Part shown: piece by piece, positions 40,801 to 49,727 of the stretch | Layout: every line of letters begins with the position of its first letter | Position numbering within the stretch: position 1 is the stretch's first letter | Source of the DNA: Phycisphaerae bacterium | GTDB taxonomy: Bacteria; Planctomycetota; Phycisphaerae; UBA1845 | Direction of reading: 5' to 3' | Assembly: GCA_963666835.2 (NCBI GenBank) | Contig: CAXXGO010000001.1 | Coordinates: 1,312,001 to 1,376,000 of the forward strand | DNA: 64,000 nucleotides | Program-made: the position numbers and the translations under genes | Notes under the pieces: model-generated | Databases searched by the model: none | What the model was told of the DNA's origin: nothing | Seen by the model: the letters and a program-made list of their open reading frames with translations, nothing else

Positions 40801-41356
40801 GGCTGCCGCCGACGCGCTGGGTTCGCTGGGGTTGGATCGCCGAGAGGCCCTCTGGCAGGTGCTGGCTTTGCACGCTGAACCGCCCATGTTGGATAGCGCG
40901 GAGCCGGCCGAAGCCGATCCGAATCTGCCGGATGCGTCCCTGGCGGAAACCGTGTTTGCGGATTATGAATCCATGGGCCTATCGCTTAATGCCCATCCCA
41001 TGGCACTATTGCGGGACGAGTTGAAACGCGGGCGAGTTTCGCAGGCCCGCGTGCTCCACCACGCCAGAAAAGGGCAACGTCTGAGCGTAGCCGGGCTGGT
41101 GCTGGTCAGGCAGCGTCCCGGTACGGCCGGGGGGATCGTCTTCGGCACGTTGGAGGACGAGACCGGCGTTGCCAATCTGATAATCCGCCCGCGGGTATAC
41201 GAAAAATACCGCCGCGTCGCTCGCGGGGCGGTAGCACTTGTGGCCGAGGGGACGGTCGAACGTACGGGCGAGGTCGTTCACCTTCAGGTTACGCGCCTGC
41301 AGGATCTATCCGAGACCCTCGCCAGCCTTCGAAGCACCTCCCGCGACTTCCATTAG
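37859..41356 (+). CDS. dnaE2: Error-prone DNA polymerase DnaE2
   Basis: SNFSFLRGASHPEEL, GRGSAANS, PDIDVDFE and C-terminal SRDFH. Confidence 0.96.
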   Translation: MPDRTDDSRHVHPVGHWQREEFAAARRSYPHRHRYAELCCKSNFSFLRGASHPEELVQRAAELGYTALAITDRNTLAGVVRAHCAAKACNLKLIVGAELTPIDALPVTLYACDRTSYGRLARIITQGRRRAVKGSCSLTFDDIAQWSGGLIAAVHAGAGAMPETSVERHDPGIVFAETSTSLKAEDPAVYCEQAVRVYRDVFGDRLYLPVRVHGGADDGRYLAEINNLARATGIPMVATNDVHYHEPRRRFLQDVLTCIREHCTLDTAGRRLFANAERNLKTVDEMGRLFADYPQALVRTGEVADRCTFTLDELRYEYPEAICPKGRSPSEYLAELTWAGAQDRYPDGIPPKVRALIRHELELIQQLGYEPYFLTVHDIVEFARSRKILCQGRGSAANSAVCYCLGVTAVDPGRIDVLFERFVSAERDEPPDIDVDFEHERREEVFQYIYGKYGRDHAGIVAEVITYRPRSAIRDVGKVLGLSLDRVGALAKKHEWWSKEAFEEETLREAGLDPADRTVRMLGKLVNQLIGFPRHLSQHVGGFVITRGPLCEMVPIENAAMPDRTFIEWDKDDIDALGILKIDCLSLGMLTAIRKCLGMINERSAAIAAPLALHSIPSEDPAVYDMVCRADTVGVFQIESRAQMSMLPRLKPRCYYDLVIEVAIVRPGPIQGGMVHPYLRRRAGEEPVSYPCEPVREVLERTLGVPLFQEQAMRLAVVAAGFTPGEADRLRRAMGAWRRHGEIEQFRVKLIEGMRANGLAEEFAQRCFEQIAGFGEYGFPESHAASFALLVYVSAWLKRYHPAAFCAALLNSQPMGFYHPAQLVRDARAHGVTVLPVDVNSSGYDCRLEPSAFSRKVAQEPPPLPRGDRGGSVPTEKNLSRPLLGKEVGKRFRHVSENGSSIQCRTYDASGERERGRSRVKDEPDRWGRGGPAVRLGMRLVKGISRTQVAEIERAQRERPYTSVADLAQRSRAPRATLARLAAADALGSLGLDRREALWQVLALHAEPPMLDSAEPAEADPNLPDASLAETVFADYESMGLSLNAHPMALLRDELKRGRVSQARVLHHARKGQRLSVAGLVLVRQRPGTAGGIVFGTLEDETGVANLIIRPRVYEKYRRVARGAVALVAEGTVERTGEVVHLQVTRLQDLSETLASLRSTSRDFH
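40407..40560. mobile_element. MITE/REP-like palindromic insertion, in frame within dnaE2
   Basis: CTAG at 40407-40410 and 40557-40560 (150 bp apart); imperfect terminal IRs; internal inverted CCCCCTTACCAAGGGGGG / CCTCCTTGGTAAGGAGG pair. Confidence 0.7.
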
Positions 41357-42444
41357 GACGCAACTCGCTCCAGAAATGCCGCGATGGCTTCAGCCGTTTC
41401 GTTCGGACGATCGGCGAGCATCATGTGCCCCGCCTCTTTGACAACCAGGATCTCGCCATTGGCAAACAGGTCGGCGTATTGTCGACTGACGGACTCCGGT
41501 TGCAGGTCCTTCTCCCCGTGGAGGACCAACACCGGGGCGTCCACCGCCCGCAGCGCAGCGCTGTAATCATGCCGCCGGCCGAGACCCAGAAACGTGGCCG
41601 TGACCATCCATCCGCCATTGCCTGCGGCTTCGAGTTCGCTCACTACGGCCTGCCCGTCCATGCCAGTAGCTACGGCGAAGTAGTCAGCGAACTGAAGATT
41701 CACCGCCGCGAGTTCCTGCTCGCTCTTGGTGAACACGTCGGCGAAGTTCAGATATTCGGCTTTGAACTCATCGAACTCAGCGCGGCGCGCCTCCGGGATT
41801 CGCTCTCGGATGATCTCAAACAGATCACCTTCCTTTTGCGGGAATACGATCAGATTGGCCGGGGCCGCGAGGATCATCGCTTCTACGTGCTCGGGAAACT
41901 CCGCGGCATAGAGCGAGGCGACAAACCCGCCGAACGAGTGCCCGACTAGTATGATCCGGTTCTGTTTGAGGATCTGCCGGATTCGCTCGATGTCGGCGAT
42001 TTGAGCGGCAAGGCCCAGCGTGCGGTCAAGCTCGAGCATGTTTCTGTAGAAGTTCGTTGAGGGAAACCGGTCGAACGGCTTGGTCGACTTGCCGCATCCG
42101 CGTTGGTGATAGGAATGGACCTCATGAGCCGCGGCCAGGTTGGCCAACCCCGGTGGAACAGTGGAAACGGGGAAACCCGGACCCCCGTGAACAAAGAGAA
42201 TCGGCGGGCCCGACCCTTGAGAGAAGTGGTATAGCTCGATGTCGGGTTCTACCCGCCAGGCGTTTGGATCATCAGGCTGGGGAGGCGGGAGAAGTGGCGA
42301 ACGCAAGGCACTCTCTGCGCGCACCATGCCTGGCTGATAGAGGGGACGGCTCATCAGAGACCAGATCCAGGCTCCACCGGCAATCAGCAGCCCCAGCAAC
42401 GTGGCCGGGACGATAGTCAATATCCGTTTAACAGTCTTGGTCAT
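41353..42444 (-). CDS. Alpha/beta hydrolase (proline iminopeptidase-like)
   Basis: HGGPG, QRGCGKS, GHSFGG and AGH. Confidence 0.88.
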   Translation of the reverse strand: MTKTVKRILTIVPATLLGLLIAGGAWIWSLMSRPLYQPGMVRAESALRSPLLPPPQPDDPNAWRVEPDIELYHFSQGSGPPILFVHGGPGFPVSTVPPGLANLAAAHEVHSYHQRGCGKSTKPFDRFPSTNFYRNMLELDRTLGLAAQIADIERIRQILKQNRIILVGHSFGGFVASLYAAEFPEHVEAMILAAPANLIVFPQKEGDLFEIIRERIPEARRAEFDEFKAEYLNFADVFTKSEQELAAVNLQFADYFAVATGMDGQAVVSELEAAGNGGWMVTATFLGLGRRHDYSAALRAVDAPVLVLHGEKDLQPESVSRQYADLFANGEILVVKEAGHMMLADRPNETAEAIAAFLERVAS

Positions 42445-42448
42445 GGTA

Positions 42449-43372
42449 TCAGCCTCTGTTGTAGGTTACTCCGGCATCCTTCAGAGGAACATAGATGTCC
42501 GTCAACAGATCTTCGGGTCTGGTGCGTTGGGGTGAGTTGCGGTACACCTCGAAACAGCCGACCTCGCGCGGTTCCCGATCATGAGCGGGCAACCATACCC
42601 CCATCAACATTGCGTAAACCGCTCCTAACTGGTCGTACGGTCCGCGATGGGTTGCGATGGCGTGTTCACCTCCGCCGGTGGTCTGCGCACCAATCTCCCC
42701 CTGGGCGACGAAGTCATCGCCTACGCTAATACAAGCGTCGTAGCGGATCTTGTCGCTCGGAGTGACGTCCGGATCGTCGTGGCCGATGCCGAGTACTTTC
42801 GTATCCGGGCCGAACAGCCCGCGCGGCCCGGCCCAGGCCATCAGCTTCTGCCAGGCGGCCCCGGCGTTATCGTAAGGCCCGACGTGCCGGACGAAGGCCA
42901 CGCGAATCGGGTCCACCACTTCGATACGCACCGCGATCGAGTCCTCATCCGCACGGATCGGGCAAAAGCCGGTCAAGGCTCCGTCTGCCGAATAATGTAC
43001 GTTGCTCGGAGATTCAAGTAGCGGCACGCGGCGATGGGCTTCCCGAAAACCGGACGGAGATTCGTCGAACATCGCCCGAAACGATCGCGTGAACGACTCG
43101 TGGGTTTCATAGCCGGCATCGAAGGCGATTCGCGTGATCGGCTGATCGGTCACCTTCAGCCGATGGGCCGCCCGCTCGAGCCGCAAGCGGCGGACGTGCT
43201 CCTTGACCGGCTCCCCGACCATCCCGCGGAACACGCGATGGAAGTGGTACGGCGAGAAGTGGGCCAAGCCCGCCAGCTCTGCGAGGTCCAGCGCGTCGCC
43301 CAGGTGAGCCTGAACGTGAACAAGCACTCGCAGGATCCGCTGTTCATAGTCTTGTTGAGTAGCTGTCTTCAT
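42449..43372 (-). CDS. AraC family regulator with GyrI-like effector domain
   Basis: FSPYHFHRVF, AGYETHESFTRSF, RHVGPY and LLTDIYVPL. Confidence 0.92.
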   Translation of the reverse strand: MKTATQQDYEQRILRVLVHVQAHLGDALDLAELAGLAHFSPYHFHRVFRGMVGEPVKEHVRRLRLERAAHRLKVTDQPITRIAFDAGYETHESFTRSFRAMFDESPSGFREAHRRVPLLESPSNVHYSADGALTGFCPIRADEDSIAVRIEVVDPIRVAFVRHVGPYDNAGAAWQKLMAWAGPRGLFGPDTKVLGIGHDDPDVTPSDKIRYDACISVGDDFVAQGEIGAQTTGGGEHAIATHRGPYDQLGAVYAMLMGVWLPAHDREPREVGCFEVYRNSPQRTRPEDLLTDIYVPLKDAGVTYNRG

Positions 43373-43719
43373 GATCGTCTCAGGATAGCAACCTCGCGGC
43401 CGCCCGGCTTGACGGTTCTTGCGAATTCCGAACCGGCGGCGGTGCGTGTCGAGGAATCGGCCTTCGGGGCCCGCCAGCCAACCACCGGAGTACGTGAGGG
43501 CGGGTCTTATGACGAGGTAGCGTTCCACCGAGCCCACGGTGTTTGGGCTGCAATTGCCCGAGCGTGGCGGATCTTATGGCTCAAGGATATGAATGATACA
43601 CTTTGTCCGCCGCAATCGTCCGAGCCGGGCGGATCTTATGGCAAGATAGCGTTCCACCGGGGCTTGGTCCGGGTCGGGGGCCGTCAGCAAGACGGCGTCT
43701 TGCCAGCGGTAGGTGGGCA

Positions 43720-43748
43720 TTGACAGCCCGGCAGGCTTGAATTCTAAT
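43720..43748 (+). promoter_or_regulatory. Sigma70-type promoter of tRNA-Val
   Basis: TTGACA-17 bp-TCTAAT, 13 bp upstream of the tRNA. Confidence 0.7.
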
Positions 43749-43761
43749 GTCCCGCCGCTGA

Positions 43762-43835
43762 GGGCGATTAGCTCAGTTGGCCAGAGCGCCTGCTCGACAC
43801 GCAGGAGGTCACAGGTTCAAGTCCTGTATCGCCCA
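43762..43835 (+). tRNA. tRNA-Val(GAC)
   Basis: Cloverleaf: GGGCGAT/ATCGCCC acceptor stem, GCTC/GAGC D stem, CCTGC-TCGACAC-GCAGG anticodon arm, TTCAAGT T loop; CCA not encoded. Confidence 0.95.
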
Positions 43836-44130
43836 GTTGTAAACCGCTTGTGAGGCAAGCACTTATGGCGGTTTTCTCATGCGCACTTGCTTTCCGGGAC
43901 TAGGCGCTTGAGGTTTCCATACCAGGCGTTCGGACCGCGTTTTCTGGTCCGTAGCGCGCGTGTTCTGCGGACCATTCGTGCGCTCGCCGCCTGCTGGTAT
44001 TAGCAGGCGTTTCTAGGCAATCGACTTCGCATCACCCGCTGGCCGTTCGCGACCGCCACGAGCGGCCAAACCGCCACTGCAACGGTCAACGCTGGGATCG
44101 GACGATTGGCGACGTTGCGTGCTTCCCTGC

Positions 44131-46098
44131 CTACCCATCGTCTGCCGGCAGTGGGGAGCCTGATTCTGCGTCACCAGACGACGTGTAGGCCTGGCCCGGC
44201 TGGTTCGGCATGTCCGGGTATCGCAGGCGCAGCAAGCCTTCTCGGACCATCGGCTTCAGAAACCGATCCTGGAGCCCGGCTGCTGCGCGCTCCATCAGCT
44301 CGGCAATGAGTGCCGCCGTGAGGTATCGGCCTCGGCACAAGGCTTCGACGATTTCCCGAGTCGTGTCCGGCGCCAGGCGACGCCCCTGGCGTGCGGGGGC
44401 CGCGATCCGACGCAGATCTTCCAGGACCTCAGGGGCTAGGTCGTGAAGCGCTCGCGGCGAGTTTCCCTGACAATCGCGCTGGGAGCCGGTCGCCTCATGC
44501 GGAGAGTCTCCGGGTTTATGTGGGGAGTCTCCGTCCTTATGTGGGGAGCCTTCGTTCTTATGTGGGGAGTCTCCCGTCTTGTGGGGGGACCCGTCCGGTC
44601 CGCTCCCCTGGACATCCCCAAGGCGATACATTGCGCCTCGTTTTCGCCCCTTCTGCACCAGAAAGCCGCGTTTCGCGAGGTGCTGCAGCATCTGCGTCAG
44701 AGCGGCAGGATGTTGGTCCGTGATTTCCCGCATGCGCGCGTTGGTCACCTGCTTCTCCGCGTGGGCCGTGACCAACGCTTGAACCTCCTGTTCACCCAGG
44801 CACTCGAACTCGCCGCCAAAGCGTCGCTTAAGGTCATCCAAGACTTCGTCGGGCATCAAGCTGACCATGGGCATCTCAAGTAGGACCCTCGACGGTCGAT
44901 CGCGTTCCTCAATGCGCGGGTCACGCCAGTGTTGCGATCGCCAGCCCTGTCGAATCTTGTCAATGCCGGAGCCGGCCTTCTCGGCCGCTCCGATCATCAG
45001 GAACATCGTCTGCAACGCTTTGTTGCGACACTCGCTGACTCCGCCCGCGAGCAGCTGGTCGTGCGAGACGAGCAACGTTCCTGGATTCGACACCTCGAAC
45101 CGATCACGGAACTTGTCGATGACGATACCGCCCTCGCCGCGGTAATCCGCATGGATCATGGCGTTAACCAGGGCCTCACGAATGGCTTCGTGGACGATGG
45201 TCTCGCCGCGACGGAACAGATCCGATTCAAGTTGAAACGGGAGTTTCAGGTCTGCCGCCAATCGCTGAACAACGCGGAGGTAGAACTGAAGAACATTGGC
45301 CTCCCAAGTGCCGTCCGCGTGCAACCGATCCGTCCATCGCACATCAGGATCGTCGGATAGGTGCTCGCGGTAGTCGACATGATACCCGGGAACCGCCTCC
45401 GGCAAGCGGACCACGTCCACTCTGCCGAACATTAGTAGGCCCGCTACCGTGAGCCCTTCTTGGTCGCTGTTTCGGTCCCTTCGCCAGCCGCCCAGTTTCG
45501 TCAAGAAGCCGGTCAGATCCTCACCCAGCCATGGATGCGTCGGTGTTCTCGCCGAGAAACGCTGCCGATACTGCTGGACGCTTGCTTCGTCCAGATCATC
45601 GAGCCCGAAACCCTCCAGAATCAGGGAATCAGCGGGCTCATCTGATCGGTCGGCCAGCATCCGGCTGACTTCCTGCTCTGAACAGTGATAATCCCCCTCG
45701 TAGTCTCGCCGATACGTCCCGATCAGCGGGTTCTGCCCGACATACACTGGCCGCTGCTGCCGCGTTGCTCTGGGAACCCGGATCACCAGCACAGACTTAC
45801 CGTTCCCGGGCTGTTCCGCGACATCACCATCGGTCAGCAGGTTGATGCTGATCTTGCCTCGGTTGTTGACCGTGTTCCAGAAGTCTTGTCGCATTCGACC
45901 CGGATCGGCGAGGCCGGTCACTTGGCCGTCCGATGCGACGCCCAGCACGATCACGCCGCCGTCCGTGTTCGCCATAGCGCTGTACGTTTCCCAAAGGCTC
46001 TTAGGCAATCCACCTTTGGCCGACTTGAACTCCAGATCGCAGTCTTCTTGCAGGTCAAGCGGTACGGAAGAAGGAGCTGGGTCCGTGGAACGTGCCAT
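44131..46098 (-). CDS. AlbA_2 (Schlafen-like) + HATPase_c_4 + HTH protein
   Basis: LEFKSAKGGLP...AMANTDGGVIVLGV; REALVNAMIHADY; SNPG; EKAGSG. Confidence 0.85.
   Translation of the reverse strand: MARSTDPAPSSVPLDLQEDCDLEFKSAKGGLPKSLWETYSAMANTDGGVIVLGVASDGQVTGLADPGRMRQDFWNTVNNRGKISINLLTDGDVAEQPGNGKSVLVIRVPRATRQQRPVYVGQNPLIGTYRRDYEGDYHCSEQEVSRMLADRSDEPADSLILEGFGLDDLDEASVQQYRQRFSARTPTHPWLGEDLTGFLTKLGGWRRDRNSDQEGLTVAGLLMFGRVDVVRLPEAVPGYHVDYREHLSDDPDVRWTDRLHADGTWEANVLQFYLRVVQRLAADLKLPFQLESDLFRRGETIVHEAIREALVNAMIHADYRGEGGIVIDKFRDRFEVSNPGTLLVSHDQLLAGGVSECRNKALQTMFLMIGAAEKAGSGIDKIRQGWRSQHWRDPRIEERDRPSRVLLEMPMVSLMPDEVLDDLKRRFGGEFECLGEQEVQALVTAHAEKQVTNARMREITDQHPAALTQMLQHLAKRGFLVQKGRKRGAMYRLGDVQGSGPDGSPHKTGDSPHKNEGSPHKDGDSPHKPGDSPHEATGSQRDCQGNSPRALHDLAPEVLEDLRRIAAPARQGRRLAPDTTREIVEALCRGRYLTAALIAELMERAAAGLQDRFLKPMVREGLLRLRYPDMPNQPGQAYTSSGDAESGSPLPADDG
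44496..44596. repeat. In-frame 21-bp tandem repeat, about five units (xxDSPHK)
   Basis: TTATGTGGGGAGTCTCC units at 21-bp period. Confidence 0.85.
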
Positions 46099-46574
46099 GA
46101 TCCGTGCGACTCCCTGCAAACATCGATGCTCTCGATCAGGCCATCACCGGTCGACCGCCACGCTTTCATCTCGATCGGGCGATCGGGTGTTCCGCGCAAT
46201 CCCCCGCCGATTGGGTTCGCATCATTGTGCGGTCCGGGAATGCCAATGTCCAGGCTGGCTCAGTGATAGTGTACACGCCCGGCGGCGCCGTGTTCCCGCT
46301 GCTACAAGCGGTGGGCGGTCGCGAAACGCCTGGGAGGCGCACACCCGGACAAGCCTGCGAAGGACTCGGGGCTTTGACGAGTTGACCGCAGCACCGTGTG
46401 TGGCAAGGTGCCCGTGTGCGAGATGGTAACGGGCGCATCCAAACGACCGGAACTTCGACTAGGCGCTTGGCTTGCACGGATTGCCGCAAATCAGCCGGTT
46501 TTTCCACATTAAGCGTCTAGTCAGAGTATTGCCTAACACATTGCACAACAGTAACTTACAGGACATATAGGGGT

Positions 46575-46626
46575 TGCTCGACACGCAGGAGGTCACAGGT
46601 TCAAGTCCTGTATCGCCCAGTTGTAA
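46575..46626 (+). repeat. attR-like duplicate of tRNA-Val 3' half
   Basis: Identical to 43791-43842. Confidence 0.9.
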
Positions 46627-46669
46627 CCCCTTTCGAATAAAGCACTTATCGTGGGTTGGGCTCTGCTTA

Positions 46670-47159
46670 AGGTAGGTTGGGCTCCGCCCGACGCTGGGCT
46701 TCGCCCGTTCTTGAGGTGATCGCGCATCCGGGCTGATTAACTGCGAAAGCCAAGTAGGTCGAGTTCTGCCCCACGCTGGAGTTTGGCACTTAACTAGTCA
46801 ACGCAGCCAAGTAGGTCGGGCTCTTCCCAATGGTACCAACCTCGTCAGGCAGTCGTGCGGTAATCCGTCCCGAAGGGGACGAAGGCATGTAGCCACGGGT
46901 GGAGCGAAGCGGAACCCGTGGGGCCGGTTCGCCTCCACGTGCCCACGTCCCGAAGGGCCGGAGGACGGTTTCAGGGATCGCCCGAAGGCCCGAATGGCCA
47001 CAGACAGCGGACGATAGTCGGCTTCGGACGTGTTGCCACCGTGCCGCAACACGATGTTGCGCGCGTTGTTCGACCCACTTCGGGGTTGGTCTGAGAAGGG
47101 GCTTCGTGACCCCAGGCGGCACTCCGCGGCTGCGCCGCTCCGTTTGCCCCTGGGCTTTG
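46670..47159. repeat. REP mosaic (GTAGGTCGGG family and copies of the 434-533 and 282-390 units)
   Basis: GCCAAGTAGGTCG occurs twice; matches to REPs near window start. Confidence 0.7.
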
Positions 47160-47465
47160 ATGGGTAGCGCGTTCGTCCCACTCCTGCATGGCGGCGGTTG
47201 CCGCCACGCACAGGGGGCAAAACCACATATCCACAACACCGCGTTTCCGCTGTTATCCGGCGTGCGACGGTCTTTCCCGCTTGACGAATCTTGGCGAATA
47301 CGCCGAGAACTCGGTATCATGCCGGGAATATCTGCTCGTCGCCGCGGCTACCTCGTTGTCCCGCTGGCAGCGTAGACGCTGGGGGGAATCGGCATGGATG
47401 TTCCCGGGCTCTGTTCGTTTTCTGTCTTCGAGTTTCTTGCCGAAACTGCTTTGAGGTAGATCGCG

Positions 47466-48059
47466 GTGCCCACGGTCCACATTCCAACCCGGTACTCGGA
47501 GAAAGTGACGGGCTCCACACGCATCTACCTCATGCTGCTGCCATTGGTTATGGGCACGCTTACCCTGGGCCTGGCTCAACTGGCAGTGCGGTGTGTCGCA
47601 GGAAAGGCAGCGTTCGCTCCGGCTGCGGCGGAGGTCCTGCGCTGGCCACTGAGCATGCGTGGTACATTGGGTGTGTCGTTCGCTTGGACTCTCGTTCCCT
47701 TCGTCGGCCTGACCCTCTGGATTCTCGTGCTGAGTAGGAAGCGGTTGCGAAGACAGTGCTTTCTGTTTCTGTGATGTGGATTGCTGGGGATCTTCTGCCT
47801 GTTGGTGCCGGTTTACGCCGCTTATTGGAGTACCATCTACGTTGGCGCACGGGTGGGACCGAACGACGGCATGATCTTCCTCTTCGTGCCGATCTGCGCG
47901 ATATTGCCCATGCACATCGGATTGCTCATCGCCGCCGTCATCGCGAAGTTCCGTTGGTTTCGACTCCCTCCGCCAGGCTACTGCAGCGCCTGCCGATACA
48001 ACCTCACCGGGAACGAGTCCGGCACCTGTCCCGAATGCGGGAGGGCGGTCTCCTCATGA
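47466..48059 (+). pseudogene. Membrane protein with C-terminal zinc ribbon, interrupted by in-frame TGA at 47772-47774
   Basis: ORFs 47466..47774 and 47781..48059 share a frame; ends CSACRYNLTGNESGTCPECG. Confidence 0.55.
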
Positions 48060-48619
48060 TCCGCAACATCATCCTGATCGGCTGTGTGCTGGGGGCTGTT
48101 GTCTATGCTGTTGCGTGGGTGGTTCTGGCCTTTCCGGTATCGACGGCGTCCTACTGGATATCTGAAGGCCGAAGAGTGGCCTTCCATCCGGCGCCCGACG
48201 GCAGCTCGATCTCATTGTACTTCGGAGCTAATCGATGGGTCCGCGGCGAGATGGAATGGTATTGGCGCCGGGACTACTGGATGAGTATCCGTTTTCGGCC
48301 GTATCGGTTCGGTGTTTCACTCTACGACTTCACGGAGGGTTCGAGCAACCTTACCTTCAGGTCGATGAGCTTCGGAGGCTTCAGTTGGGGGCAGAGTAAG
48401 GGGCGCGGGCGTATCGGTGAGAAGGAGTCCCGGAGGCTCGCGGTGCCAACATGGTTCCCGTTCGTTGTCCTGTCTGCGTACCCAACACTCGTATTTATCC
48501 GTGGTCCTGCGCGTCGTTGGCGCCGGAGAAGACGCGGCCTGTGCCTGACGTGCGGGTACAACCTGGAGGGGAACGTATCGGGCGTCTGTCCGGAATGTGG
48601 GTCGGAGATCGCGTCGTGA
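48056..48619 (+). CDS. Two-TM protein with C-terminal zinc ribbon
   Basis: ATGA overlap with upstream stop; CLTCGYNLEGNVSGVCPECG. Confidence 0.75.
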   Translation: MIRNIILIGCVLGAVVYAVAWVVLAFPVSTASYWISEGRRVAFHPAPDGSSISLYFGANRWVRGEMEWYWRRDYWMSIRFRPYRFGVSLYDFTEGSSNLTFRSMSFGGFSWGQSKGRGRIGEKESRRLAVPTWFPFVVLSAYPTLVFIRGPARRWRRRRRGLCLTCGYNLEGNVSGVCPECGSEIAS

Positions 48620-49233
48620 TCCGCAAGTTCCTGAGAGTGTTCCGCGTCGCTGTCATCGTCGGGTTGACGTTGGGGGCGGTTGCGTTTGTCGTCGTATGGG
48701 TGGTTCAGGCCTATCCCGAAGCAGCGTTCCATTGGGGCTCTGAGAACGGGAGGTTGCATGTTCTTCAGGCACCGCCTGTCAGTATGATCAGCCTGCATTT
48801 CGGAGACAAGCGGCAGGTCGGCCGGGGATGTCAGGCGTGCGTCCTGTCGGATCACGAGCTGGCTCTTGCGATCTGCCCAGATCGAGTCATTGTGGATTAC
48901 CTGAACCGTGTAGAGGATCTGAGAGGCGTGACATCCAGACGGGGTGGCTTCCGGAACTTCGGATGGGACAAGACGATCGATGGTCGCGGATGCGGCGGCG
49001 GGCCATGTGTGGAGCGGGGCGTCTACCTGCCGAACTACCTTGTGCTCGTCGCCTTGGTGGCCTATCCAGCACTCGTCTTCATGCGCAGCCCAGCGCGCCG
49101 CCGCCGCCACCACCGTCGCCACAAACGTGGCCTCTGCGTTGGCTGTGGTTATGAACTAACCGGCAACGTCACCGGTGTCTGCTCCGAGTGCGGCGCCGCT
49201 ATCGATCCCAAGCAGGCTGAGGCCACCGGATAA
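48616..49233 (+). CDS. Two-TM protein with C-terminal zinc ribbon
   Basis: GTGA overlap with upstream stop; CVGCGYELTGNVTGVCSECG. Confidence 0.75.
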   Translation: MIRKFLRVFRVAVIVGLTLGAVAFVVVWVVQAYPEAAFHWGSENGRLHVLQAPPVSMISLHFGDKRQVGRGCQACVLSDHELALAICPDRVIVDYLNRVEDLRGVTSRRGGFRNFGWDKTIDGRGCGGGPCVERGVYLPNYLVLVALVAYPALVFMRSPARRRRHHRRHKRGLCVGCGYELTGNVTGVCSECGAAIDPKQAEATG

Positions 49234-49238
49234 CCACC

Positions 49239-49727
49239 ATGCGGACCATCTTTCGGAAACGGCGATTCCTGAAGTGGGCGGGGTTGGTGGCGTGCGCGGT
49301 GATGATAGTTGCGTTCTTCGCATCCCCGTATTGGAACGTGTCCGGGCACATCGGGCCTTACCTTGCTGCAGTCAGTAATGGAGCTGTCTATGTCATCCGG
49401 TTTGAAGACTGGATCACACCTTTTTGGGGGGTTCGACGGAATCCCGGAGGCGAGCCGTATGTGTGGTGGCTTGACTACTGGCCGCCTGCCAGGTTCTCGC
49501 ATTGGTGCGCCGTGATACCGCTCTGGATCCCCCTGACGATAGTAGCCGTCCCAACGTTCTTGGCATGGCGGCGCGATCGCCGGATTCCGCCCGGTCACTG
49601 TGCGAGCTGCGGATACGATCTGACGGGGAACGTGTCGGGTCGGTGTTCGGAGTGCGGTACGCTCGTGCCCCAGCAAACAGCCTGCGGCGAGTCGATAGCC
49701 CGGTCTCAGGAGGATGAGAACAAGTGA
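49239..49727 (+). CDS. Two-TM protein with C-terminal zinc ribbon
   Basis: CASCGYDLTGNVSGRCSECG. Confidence 0.78.
   Translation: MRTIFRKRRFLKWAGLVACAVMIVAFFASPYWNVSGHIGPYLAAVSNGAVYVIRFEDWITPFWGVRRNPGGEPYVWWLDYWPPARFSHWCAVIPLWIPLTIVAVPTFLAWRRDRRIPPGHCASCGYDLTGNVSGRCSECGTLVPQQTACGESIARSQEDENK

Larger units (their letters stand above)
43791..46626. mobile_element. Small tRNA-integrated island without integrase
   Basis: 52-bp exact direct repeat of the tRNA 3' half at 43791-43842 and 46575-46626. Confidence 0.8.
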
